Shown piece after piece: positions 49,801-57,559 of a stretch of 64,000 nt of DNA. Origin of the DNA: Myxococcota bacterium (GTDB lineage: Bacteria; Myxococcota_C; UBA6777); NCBI GenBank assembly GCA_023150835.1, contig JAKLKB010000033.1, forward strand, positions 2,411-66,410, written 5' to 3'. The notes beneath the pieces are model-generated. The model saw only the letters and a list, made by a program, of their open reading frames with translations, searched no databases and was not told the DNA's origin. The translations under genes and the position numbers were made by a program. The number at the start of each line of letters is the position of its first letter. The first letter of the stretch is position 1.

Positions 49801-50274
49801 CAAGGTGAAGTCTTGCCACAAGGGGATGGGGCCGTTGATCTGTTTGGCGATCTGACCTCTGATATCGAAGAGGCCCACCGCCTTGCGAACGAATCCGCTT
49901 CTTCGGATGCGTTGTTTTCTGTTTTGGAGGGAGGGGCGTTCGATGCCGATGGACTGGGCGGCTCGAACGTCTTGCAGGGAGAAGTCTTGCAGGGAGAAGT
50001 CTTGCAGGGAGAAGTCTTGCAGGGAGAAGTCTTGCCTTTTGCGGAGTCACCTGCTGTGTTTGGCGGATCGCTTGTGCGCGAACAGCCGTTGTTTGGCGAG
50101 GCTGCGTTGCTTGGTGAACAGCCGCTTTCGGGCAGGCCGATGCTTGGGGGGGCGTCTGCTCCCAAAGATCCCCCGCCCTTGTCGCTGTCTTTTCAGAAGC
50201 CACTTGCTCCAAAAGAAGGCGAGAGCCTCTTTGCGCGTTTGCGTCTGCAAGACGACAAAGACGAGAAAAAGTGA
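46858..50274 (+). CDS. Polytopic membrane protein with a rhomboid-like core in which the catalytic Ser is replaced by His (tentative), a TPR-like region and a ~600-aa disordered repeat-rich tail.
   Basis: ATG at 46858 with 'gagggaaaaaaga'. TM2-like 'PNVFSLLWLLLLLW', 'LILGAHGAFAGVFA' (GxSG-like with H), 'LIHVLSFGLFAG'. Repeats 'GLNAISGTSA' x4, 'PAVLST' x8, 'VLQGE' x6. Confidence 0.5.
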   Translation: MFWPLTERASKGKPEFGRMPWFTIGLMTTLFLVFVWTRIGLSAADQRVEQAREALSCYYLTHDYTRIPPKHRDLFSSRVLAHARRAELAVQAYLTDELVQKKAQSLLGGGEEGTDEWRQEMAARPKGQSCLAYALRRRFLSRSPNARVYVSMARLYQASARKYQEEQDQLVAHIQRILDAEQAHPLAGWGVRPAVNGAETILTAPWIQPNVFSLLWLLLLLWPIGKMLEDQWRFPIWGAWWLASALLCNGVLWVVLSSSKSLILGAHGAFAGVFALWTIVYGVETVRWAVWLPKQPEPRVFAFQGYYLIVAWFVLQLFDTLLLQRASPIVFLIHVLSFGLFAGATYFLQQQRWLEVVLGEPVAPTETEIAQQTWRTDGQIKQIQEQHRQKQLKHAEALERSSRWKEAAQIYKELMQMGQPSLELMSFFISTREKSGDPASIEEYLQATRLALFEQKHAQMKDLYLRMCAAHDIKQLSQREHVALAGELKRAGWLLEAAEEADAASEKGQDSPLFMKALIIRAESLLEYGEDPEAAMRVFYQAKNFLPSYPDFEEAVVKGMQKAQAAVDAEQMGPPVLPASELEAATPAFGSTSTGLNAISGTSAGLNAISGTSAGLNAISGTSAGLNTLRMQGLPRSAAKVPVATAKTSSSTAKAPPSTTPIPQGPPGAIPQGPPGAVPRRADAGLPSDYVQPPPGLDGEEALFGRSFDDPYKELNEAPASGASWEEIPSLLLARASEYAGKSGFVKEDDAKLEQAAEALKEKVDNLKKVDEAWLSDDAKPSPNKVFFGGAAADPKRNPSSGAFSLVPKPPVSPLASSSASVPPRPAPAVSSTTPAVLSTAPAVLSTTPAVLSTAPAVLSTAPAVSSPAPAVLSPAPAVLSTTTAVSSPAPAVFTATPHAKSPSTSPKKSEGWDSWSDDALPASEPVAPVQPTPQAAPKASNFFSTELFSQDAIPSATSLPPLTFEEPSFVSYPPMQGEVLQGEVLPQGDGAVDLFGDLTSDIEEAHRLANESASSDALFSVLEGGAFDADGLGGSNVLQGEVLQGEVLQGEVLQGEVLPFAESPAVFGGSLVREQPLFGEAALLGEQPLSGRPMLGGASAPKDPPPLSLSFQKPLAPKEGESLFARLRLQDDKDEKK

Positions 50275-50480
50275 GAGCGCAGAGGACAAGTTGTAGGGAG
50301 GGTACACGGGCCGTATTGACGCCGCGTGGGATTCGTGGTTGATTGAGAAGCTTGAAAATCAAACGGAGCTACCGACAGCAGCGTGCGAGAGGCTGTTGGG
50401 ATGCACAAAAAAGAAGCCATTCGGCCCTTCTTGTCGAGGTCGGAGGCTTGTGGTTTGAGTCAACCTTGAAGGAGCGTTGG

Positions 50481-51050
50481 ATGCCTTCGGCGCAGCTTTG
50501 CGTGGTGTATGTTTTGTGTGCGTGCTTGATGGGCGGGGTATGGATGCAACGGATGGCTTCGCAAGCCGAAGCACAACGCGAACGGGGACCAGCAAAGATC
50601 ACACGAAAAGCCCCGACTCTGCGGCTCGAAGCTGAGGGTGGGCAAGCTTTTTCGTTGGAGCCGTATCGTGGGCGTTGGCGGATGATAAACTTTTGGGCGA
50701 CGTGGTGCGAGCCGTGTCGCCGAGAGATGCCAGCGCTGGAGCGTCTGGCACGTTCCTTCCCACAAGAAAAGCTGCCGATCGTGTTGTTGGCGGTTTCTGT
50801 GGATCAAGAGTGGTCGCTGATCCATGATTTTTTGCGAAAGCATCCGTTTTTTCGGGGAACCAGTCTTTCCATGCGGATCGTTCGCGATGCGGGGGGTGTG
50901 ATGGCCCTGCGTTACGGTACACAAAAATTTCCCGAGACGTATTTGATCGATCCCAACGGGCGTTTGCGTGCCAAGTGGGTGGGCGCGCTCGAATGGGACT
51001 CTCCCCAGATCTTGGCGCAACTGCGTCGACTTGTGGGGCGTGCGCAGTAG
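50481..51050 (+). CDS. TlpA-like thioredoxin-fold thiol:disulfide oxidoreductase, exported.
   Basis: 'INFWATWCEPCRREMPALE' CxxC redoxin motif. N-terminal signal anchor. ATG at 50481 with 'gaaggag'. Confidence 0.75.
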   Translation: MPSAQLCVVYVLCACLMGGVWMQRMASQAEAQRERGPAKITRKAPTLRLEAEGGQAFSLEPYRGRWRMINFWATWCEPCRREMPALERLARSFPQEKLPIVLLAVSVDQEWSLIHDFLRKHPFFRGTSLSMRIVRDAGGVMALRYGTQKFPETYLIDPNGRLRAKWVGALEWDSPQILAQLRRLVGRAQ

Positions 51051-51071
51051 TGGTTTAGAGGAAGACGGGCG

Positions 51072-53237
51072 ATGAGTCATCGACGCGATCGCGATTGGTC
51101 ACAGGATGAGCAAGCACTGCGTGCGGCTCCTCCCCATCTGTCGGAGGGTACACAACTCTCCGCACACGCCATCGCACGTCAAACGTCGCAGACACCGAGC
51201 GGAACCTTTGATACAGCAAAGCGCATCGGGCGTCACTACGTTGTCGAGCGCGTGATCGGTCAAGGAGGGATGGGGCACGTCGTCAAAGCTGTCCACGATC
51301 TGACTGGTCAGATCGTCGCGATCAAGACGCTGTCGCCGCATCTCGCCGAAGATCCGGGATTACGGCAGCGTTTCATCCAAGAAGCCCGAACTCTCGCATC
51401 GTTCGATCATCCTAACCTTATCCCGTTGTACACATTCCTCGAAGAAAACGGCCAATTCTTCTTGGTGATGCAGTTTATCGACGGCCAAGATCTCGACAGT
51501 ATGTTTCGCGGAACCCGTGGGCTGGATATCTCGTTTACAGTCTCCGTCTTTTATCAAACCCTTGATGGTTTGGCTTACGCCCACCGTCACGGCGTGGTCC
51601 ATCGCGATATCAAACCAGCCAATATCCTTGTGATGCAAGATGGCCGCGTTAAATTGACGGACTTTGGGATCGCTCGGATCTCTGGGGGCAACCGCTTAAC
51701 GAAGGCGGGTGTGCCGGTGGGGACGGTGTTTTACATGGCCCCCGAACAAGTCCAAGGAGTCGAAGCAGAGCCACGTGCGGATCTGTACGCTGCGGGCGTC
51801 AGTCTGTTTGAAGTCCTGACAGGCAGGCTTCCTTTTGAAGGCGATGATTATGCCGTTCGCAAGGGGCATGTCGAAACTCCCCCTCCTGATCCCCGCATCT
51901 ATCGGCCCGATATCCCGCCCGATCTCGTCAATATCATCCAAAAAGCCATGGCAAAACGTCCCGAAGAGCGCTTTCAAACCGCAGAAGCGTTCCGCGACGC
52001 GCTCGGATTGATCGCGGAGAACATGGGATACCAAGACGGTCTCCCTTGGGACAATGAAGAACGCCCCACCATGCAAGAAGTGCCAGCCGTCGTGATCCCC
52101 GCAGCGCAAGCCCGCCCGATCCCTGTGGGGGCGACCGCACAGCATACACTCCAAGCCAAACCACCCGCCCCGATTCCTGCCGCAGAAGCGCGTAAACGTC
52201 CCGAACTTCCGCTGCTTCAAGCCAACAGTGGCCTGCCCCACGCACTCGCGGCACAGCCTGTTGTGCCGGGGCATCCTGCTCACCCTGCGGTGTCTCCCGG
52301 GTCTGGGTCTTATCCAGCAGCCCAGAGAAATGCCCCGCAACGCACTGCCTCTGCCACACCAAACCATCCCTATCCCACCGCCGAACATGCCGCACGTTCG
52401 GCCAAAAACAACCTTCCTCCCCAAGCTTACGCTGCCTCTTCGGCTGTTTTGCCCAAAGCTCCGCTGTTTTTGTCTTCACCGCCTGCGCGCCCGACCCATA
52501 CTGCCGCCCCCGCTCGTATCCTTACGCGTGATGGAGCCGAGATGATCTTGATCCGCGCAGGCTCTTTTTGGATGGGACACAACAAGCTCGATCCCGATGC
52601 AAGGCCGCTTCGGGAGCTTTACCTCAACGACTTCTACGTCGACCGTTATCCCGTGACCAACGAACTGTACCAGCGCTTTGTCAGCGAAACAGGTTACCCA
52701 CCGCCGACGCACTGGTGGGACCCTCGCAAACACAACGGATTGTTCTATCCCCTCGAACAGTCGATCCATCCGATCACCAACATCCGCTACGAAGATGCTT
52801 TGGTCTATTGTCAATGGGCTGGCAAGCGCCTTCCGACCGAAGCTGAGTGGGAAAAAGCCTGCCGACACACCGATCAACGCCTCTTTCCTTGGGGAGATCA
52901 TTGGCAAGAAGGCCGTGCCAACTTTGGCCGCCCTGCGACTTCCCCTGTCAACCAATTCCCTCAAGGGCAAAGCCCTTATGGCGTGTTCGATCTGCTCGGA
53001 AACGTCTGGGAATGGGTGGCCGATTGGTACACGGTGGATGCTTATCGACATCTTCCACCCAAAAATCCAAGAGGCCCAGCACACGGGCAATATCGAATCG
53101 TGCGTGGCGGATCACATAGCGATCGGCCCGGCACGATCCATGTGATCACAAGGGGGTTTCGACCGCCCGATCTGCCCGGGTCTTCGCTGGGATTCCGTTG
53201 CGCAATGGATATCCCCGATCTCTCGACTCCTCCCTAA
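51072..53237 (+). CDS. Ser/Thr protein kinase fused to a C-terminal FGE-sulfatase (formylglycine-generating enzyme-like) domain.
   Basis: Kinase 'IGQGGMGHVV', 'HRDIKPANIL', 'DFGIAR', 'APE'. FGE-like 'RAGSFWMGHN…YLNDFYVDRYPVTNELYQRFV…RLPTEAEWEKA…NVWEWVADWY…RGGSHSD…LGFRC'. Confidence 0.85.
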   Translation: MSHRRDRDWSQDEQALRAAPPHLSEGTQLSAHAIARQTSQTPSGTFDTAKRIGRHYVVERVIGQGGMGHVVKAVHDLTGQIVAIKTLSPHLAEDPGLRQRFIQEARTLASFDHPNLIPLYTFLEENGQFFLVMQFIDGQDLDSMFRGTRGLDISFTVSVFYQTLDGLAYAHRHGVVHRDIKPANILVMQDGRVKLTDFGIARISGGNRLTKAGVPVGTVFYMAPEQVQGVEAEPRADLYAAGVSLFEVLTGRLPFEGDDYAVRKGHVETPPPDPRIYRPDIPPDLVNIIQKAMAKRPEERFQTAEAFRDALGLIAENMGYQDGLPWDNEERPTMQEVPAVVIPAAQARPIPVGATAQHTLQAKPPAPIPAAEARKRPELPLLQANSGLPHALAAQPVVPGHPAHPAVSPGSGSYPAAQRNAPQRTASATPNHPYPTAEHAARSAKNNLPPQAYAASSAVLPKAPLFLSSPPARPTHTAAPARILTRDGAEMILIRAGSFWMGHNKLDPDARPLRELYLNDFYVDRYPVTNELYQRFVSETGYPPPTHWWDPRKHNGLFYPLEQSIHPITNIRYEDALVYCQWAGKRLPTEAEWEKACRHTDQRLFPWGDHWQEGRANFGRPATSPVNQFPQGQSPYGVFDLLGNVWEWVADWYTVDAYRHLPPKNPRGPAHGQYRIVRGGSHSDRPGTIHVITRGFRPPDLPGSSLGFRCAMDIPDLSTPP

Positions 53238-53268
53238 ATCTTTCCCTCACCAAACAAAGATAGACGTG

Positions 53269-54132
53269 ATGCAACATACGGATGCGTTGATTGAATTGCT
53301 GTACACCGATCGATTTGCAGAAGCCCTGCGGTTGTGCGGCTTGGGTTATGAGCCGATCGAGTGTGCTTATGGGGGCGATGGCTCGGTGCTTGGAGCGTTT
53401 GCGATGGACCATCACGGCAGCGAGTCATGGCGAGAAGGCGTGGCTCTGCGCGCTTGCCGCGATCACTACGCAGCAAGGAAGCAAGATCCGAGATTCGTTG
53501 TGACGGGAACCCCCGACGCAGACGCCGTTTTGGCGATCATCGCCTTGGCGGGGTTGGTCCCTGCTTCACAGATCCCCGAGGCCTTTTACGAACTGGTCAA
53601 CTTGCACGATGTGGATCCTGTCCCGCTGGATCTGTTGTCTTTGCCGTTTGGCGAAGAGCTGTTGTTTTTTCAACAGCTCGAACACCTACGACGCGATCAA
53701 GCCTCTTTTTTCCGTGCGATCGACGAGATGCGTCGCTTGTTGTTGGGGGGCTTGCAGTCCAAGCAACGCACGATGGTGCGACGGCGCGAAGAACGGCGGA
53801 TCGAGATGGCCGAGACCTCTTCTCTCGAACCGATCGGGGATGCCGTGTTGTTGGTGGAAAGCCGCGTGTGGGGATTTGATCGTTGGTATCGAAAAGCACC
53901 GTTGGTCGTGTCTTATAGTCAACGAGGTGCTTCGATTACGGTGGGATGTCGCAGCGTCGAGGTGGCCGAAGCATTGTGCGGAGAAGGCGGACTGATGAGG
54001 GTTTTTGCACATCTGGGCTACGGATGGGGAGGCCGAGAGTCGATCGGAGGAAGCCCGCGAGGCGTGGTGTTTTCCTTCGATCAAGCCCGCGAAGCCGCCC
54101 ACAAGATCGCTGCGTGGCTTGAGCAAAAGTGA
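53269..54132 (+). CDS. Hypothetical protein, probably co-transcribed with the kinase-FGE gene.
   Basis: ATG 32 nt after the upstream stop. 288 aa, with no motif I can name. Confidence 0.45.
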   Translation: MQHTDALIELLYTDRFAEALRLCGLGYEPIECAYGGDGSVLGAFAMDHHGSESWREGVALRACRDHYAARKQDPRFVVTGTPDADAVLAIIALAGLVPASQIPEAFYELVNLHDVDPVPLDLLSLPFGEELLFFQQLEHLRRDQASFFRAIDEMRRLLLGGLQSKQRTMVRRREERRIEMAETSSLEPIGDAVLLVESRVWGFDRWYRKAPLVVSYSQRGASITVGCRSVEVAEALCGEGGLMRVFAHLGYGWGGRESIGGSPRGVVFSFDQAREAAHKIAAWLEQK

Positions 54133-54137
54133 TCTGT

Positions 54138-54316
54138 GATACGAAATCCGCCCACTGTGTGATCGTAGGGGCAGCCCGATGTGGCAGCCCAACCACAGGG
54201 CATCTACGCACGACTGATGGAGTCCTTTGACTTTATCGTGTTTGCGATGTGGCAGCCCAACCACAGGGCATCTACGCACGACCCTTCGATCATACATCTC
54301 TCGGATATCGTCTGAG
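54138..54316 (+). repeat. REP-like intergenic element, copy 4 of 4, with an internal ~45-bp duplication.
   Basis: 'gatacgaaatccgcccactgtgtgatcgtaggggcagcccgatgtggcagcccaaccacagggcatctacgcacga' then a repeated 'atgtggcagcccaaccacagggcatctacgcacgac' … 'ctcggatatcgtctgag'. Confidence 0.7.
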
Positions 54317-54340
54317 CCAAAGAAAAAGAGTGGAGGGGGA

Positions 54341-55291
54341 TCAGAAGGGACGAAAGTCGATGGTGGTGTTGATCTTGACGGGCCAGTTCATCTTGGGCGG
54401 AACGTTGGGGGCTTTGCTAGAGACTTGGATGGTGCCTTGGAGAAATTGCTTGCTTTTTCCGCGCATGGGGAAGCCGCTTTCGATCTGCAAGAACAGCGTG
54501 CCTGTTTGATGGCCGGTCAAGTTGTAGCGTAGTTCGAGCGGTCCCATGCGCAGGGGCGGGCTGTTCTTGTTCGGAAGGATATCAGCTTTGACACGCAAAA
54601 AGGCGTAGCCACCGCGCACAGCGATAAGTGTCCATTGGCGCTTGAGGGTCATCGGGACGGCACCGCCCATCTGGAGCGTCTTGTTCCAGCTTTCACCGAT
54701 CTTCACGCGCCGACCGGGATAAAGCGCCATCATCTGTTCCATCATTTGTCGCAACGCCTCGTTACCGAATTGTTGTTTCAGTTGAAGCTGAAGCTGAGCG
54801 CGTTGTTGGGCATCTCCCGCCTTCAGCGAACCCATCACGTCCTCGATCATCTTGTCGACACCATCGAGCGAAAGAACCTTGCCTTGGCTGTTGATCTCCA
54901 TCGTAAACTGGCGCCCAAGCAAGGCTGCAAATCCTTGCGCGAGCGGGGGCACTTGTTGGGGCGGCTTTTCGGAGTTGTACTCAAGAACGCCTTGGGGCGT
55001 TTGCACCTTAAAGTAGATGCGCTTGAAGCCCACAAGCACACGCGCAGTACCCGCCGTGTCGACGCTGCGCGTTTCAAACGTGTAACCTGTCCCGATGGTT
55101 TGTTGGATCTGGGTCTTTTGGCCCATCGCTTCTTGATCGATGAATTGCTCGGTATTCCAATAGATCTGAAAGATCTGCCCTTGCTTCCAACGCAAGTGCA
55201 GATCGATCGCTTGTGCATCAAAGCTCCACCCTACACAACAAAGGCTCCACAAAAGCCCGAACCATCGGCTTATCTTCTTGCTTGCTTGCAT
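54341..55291 (-). CDS. Hypothetical secreted protein.
   Basis: ATG at 55291 with 'aaggag' 7 nt upstream. Signal peptide 'ISRWFGLLWSLCCVGWSFDAQA'. Confidence 0.5.
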   Translation of the reverse strand: MQASKKISRWFGLLWSLCCVGWSFDAQAIDLHLRWKQGQIFQIYWNTEQFIDQEAMGQKTQIQQTIGTGYTFETRSVDTAGTARVLVGFKRIYFKVQTPQGVLEYNSEKPPQQVPPLAQGFAALLGRQFTMEINSQGKVLSLDGVDKMIEDVMGSLKAGDAQQRAQLQLQLKQQFGNEALRQMMEQMMALYPGRRVKIGESWNKTLQMGGAVPMTLKRQWTLIAVRGGYAFLRVKADILPNKNSPPLRMGPLELRYNLTGHQTGTLFLQIESGFPMRGKSKQFLQGTIQVSSKAPNVPPKMNWPVKINTTIDFRPF

Positions 55292-55412
55292 CTTTTCTCC
55301 TTCTTTGGGGGCAGTCATGCCGCGTCGAGGGCGATCCTTGATCGTTTGGTGCGCGCTATCTTGGCGCTTTGACGAGATAGGCGCAAGGATCTTTTCGCAA
55401 AGGAGGGTTGGC

Positions 55413-56606
55413 TTAGCGGGGAGGGAGGGGACGGCGTGTCTTCTTGGCTTCGCCATCCAGAGCGAGCTGCCCGCAAGCGGCGAGGATATCATCGCCTCGG
55501 GTTTGGCGTTCGGTGGCGAGGACGCCCGATTCTTGGAGGATGCGAAGAAAGTCAGCGATCGCCTCTTGGGATGGGCGTTTGTAAGGGGCCCCCGGATGCT
55601 CGTTGTAGGGGATCAGGTTGATCTTGGATCGCACCGAGCGAGACAGCTTGATGAGGCGTTTGGCATCTTCGGGGCTGTCGTTGATATCTTGGATCAGCGT
55701 GTATTCAAGCGTTACAGGGAGGCTCTGTTGGGTGGGGAGTTTTTGGAAGGTACGGAGCGTATCGAAAAGAGTTTTGAGATTGTAGCGTTGGTTGATGGGC
55801 ATGATCTGATCGCGTTGTGCGTCGGTGGTGGCGTGCAGAGAAACGGCGAGGCGAACAGGGAAAGTTTCGCCAAGCTTGAGGATCTGTGGACAAAGGCCGG
55901 CAGTGGAGACGGTGAGGCGGCGCGCTCCGAGCTTTGGGCCAAGTTCATCGGTCAGGACAGACAGCGTGCTGATCAAGTTTTGAAAGTTGATCAAGGGTTC
56001 GCCCATGCCCATGAACACGACGTTGGTGATGGTCTTGCCTTCGGGCAGAAGCTTGGCAGACCCGAGAAATTGCCCCATGTATTCGGCGATCGTGAGATTG
56101 CGTCCCGGCCCCATGGTGGCGGTATAACAGAAGCGGCATCCGAGCGCACAGCCGACTTGCGAAGAGATGCACAGCGTAATTCGCCGACCAATAGGGATCA
56201 AGACAGCTTCGACTTGCGCACCATCTTTGAGGCGAAACAGGATCTTTTTGGTACCGTCGATCGAATCCATAACGCGTACGACGCCAAGACTCGATATCGT
56301 CGCAAACTCAAGAAGATGCTCACGCATCGCACGCGAAAGATCCGTCATCTGCGCGATATCCGTCACGCCTTGCTTATAGATCCAGCGAAAGATCTGGCGC
56401 GCACGGAAGGCTTTGTCACCTTGCTCAACGAAGTACTGTTCGAGCGCTTCACGCGTAAAGTCGAGCAAGTCGATCCGCTCGTTTGGCGCGGTAGAGACCG
56501 ATGCTACGGCCTGCAAAGCGGCTGGTGCAGCGGTCACTTCGGTGGCAGGGACCAGTTGGGTGTCAGAGAGATGGATGGCTTCGGTATCGTGATGGATGGC
56601 GGACAT
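55413..56606 (-). CDS. rlmN: 23S rRNA (adenine2503-C2)/tRNA methyltransferase RlmN (radical SAM).
   Basis: 'ISSQVGCALGCRFCYTATMG' CxxxCxxC. 'VFMGMGEPLIN'. ATG 56606 with 'aaggaa'. The upstream ORF extension has no RlmN homology. Confidence 0.9.
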   Translation of the reverse strand: MSAIHHDTEAIHLSDTQLVPATEVTAAPAALQAVASVSTAPNERIDLLDFTREALEQYFVEQGDKAFRARQIFRWIYKQGVTDIAQMTDLSRAMREHLLEFATISSLGVVRVMDSIDGTKKILFRLKDGAQVEAVLIPIGRRITLCISSQVGCALGCRFCYTATMGPGRNLTIAEYMGQFLGSAKLLPEGKTITNVVFMGMGEPLINFQNLISTLSVLTDELGPKLGARRLTVSTAGLCPQILKLGETFPVRLAVSLHATTDAQRDQIMPINQRYNLKTLFDTLRTFQKLPTQQSLPVTLEYTLIQDINDSPEDAKRLIKLSRSVRSKINLIPYNEHPGAPYKRPSQEAIADFLRILQESGVLATERQTRGDDILAACGQLALDGEAKKTRRPLPPR

Positions 56607-56898
56607 ACGCAAGATTCCTTGTGATGGACTGTGGGGTGAAAGAAAAAATCTTTCAAGCGCCGAAGTATAGACACAGCGCAGGTCGTTTTCAACACAAACC
56701 CCTTTCTTTTCGTGGAGCGCGAGTTCGACAATCGGCGCGTCTTGCAGACGCAAGCCACAGACAAAGGTGCGTTCAAAGGCTGCCTCACCTTGACAGCACT
56801 GAGGGGTCTTGGCAATTTGCCGCTCCATCCACGGTGGGGTCATCTGCCCGAAGCCGTTTCTTTTGTGTAGTCAAGGGTTTAGAGAGTTGAGGTGAAGG

Positions 56899-57543
56899 AT
56901 GGGTCGAGCATTTATTATCGGAATCGCCGGTGGGACGGGCTCAGGGAAGACAACGGTGGCACGCCGGATCGCCGAGATCTTTCGTGTGGAGGAGGTCTTG
57001 TTGTTGGATCAAGACGCCTACTACAAGGATCTCTCACATCTTTCGTTTGAAGAACGCAAGCGCGTGAACTTCGATCATCCCGACGCTTTTGACACCGATC
57101 TTTTGGTTGAACATCTGCGCGCCTTGCGCAAACGCTTGCCGATCCAAAAACCCGTGTATTCGTACAAAGAGCATCGCCGAAAAGAAGAAACTGTTCGGAT
57201 CTCCCCTGCACACATCATCTTGCTCGAAGGCATCTTGGTTTTGGAGATGGAACCCTTGCGTGAATTGATGGATATGAAGATCTTTGTCGATACAGATGAT
57301 GATATCCGCCTGATCCGTCGGCTGACGCGTGATATCAAAGAGCGAGGACGCGATCTTGAGCAATCGATCATCCAATACGAACAAACGGTTCGCCCGATGC
57401 ACCTTGCTTTTGTTGTTCCTTCGAAACGTTACGCCGATGTGGTCATCCCCCACGGGGGTGAAAATCGCGTCGCAATTCAGATGATCGAGGCCACCTTGCG
57501 CGAACGCTTGCGCCAAGTCGACAACGAAGAACCCCAACTCTGA
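56899..57543 (+). CDS. udk: Uridine kinase.
   Basis: P-loop 'GIAGGTGSGKTT'. 'LLDQDAYYKDLS', 'FDHPDAFD', 'ILLEGILV…'. RBS 'ggtgaagg'. Confidence 0.9.
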   Translation: MGRAFIIGIAGGTGSGKTTVARRIAEIFRVEEVLLLDQDAYYKDLSHLSFEERKRVNFDHPDAFDTDLLVEHLRALRKRLPIQKPVYSYKEHRRKEETVRISPAHIILLEGILVLEMEPLRELMDMKIFVDTDDDIRLIRRLTRDIKERGRDLEQSIIQYEQTVRPMHLAFVVPSKRYADVVIPHGGENRVAIQMIEATLRERLRQVDNEEPQL

Positions 57544-57559
57544 CCAAGGAGTACCACAA

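Noticed and set aside
55278-56624. 448-aa + strand ORF overlapping rlmN.
   Set aside because: It is antisense to a confidently identified radical-SAM RlmN (CxxxCxxC and flanking motifs). No motifs of its own.
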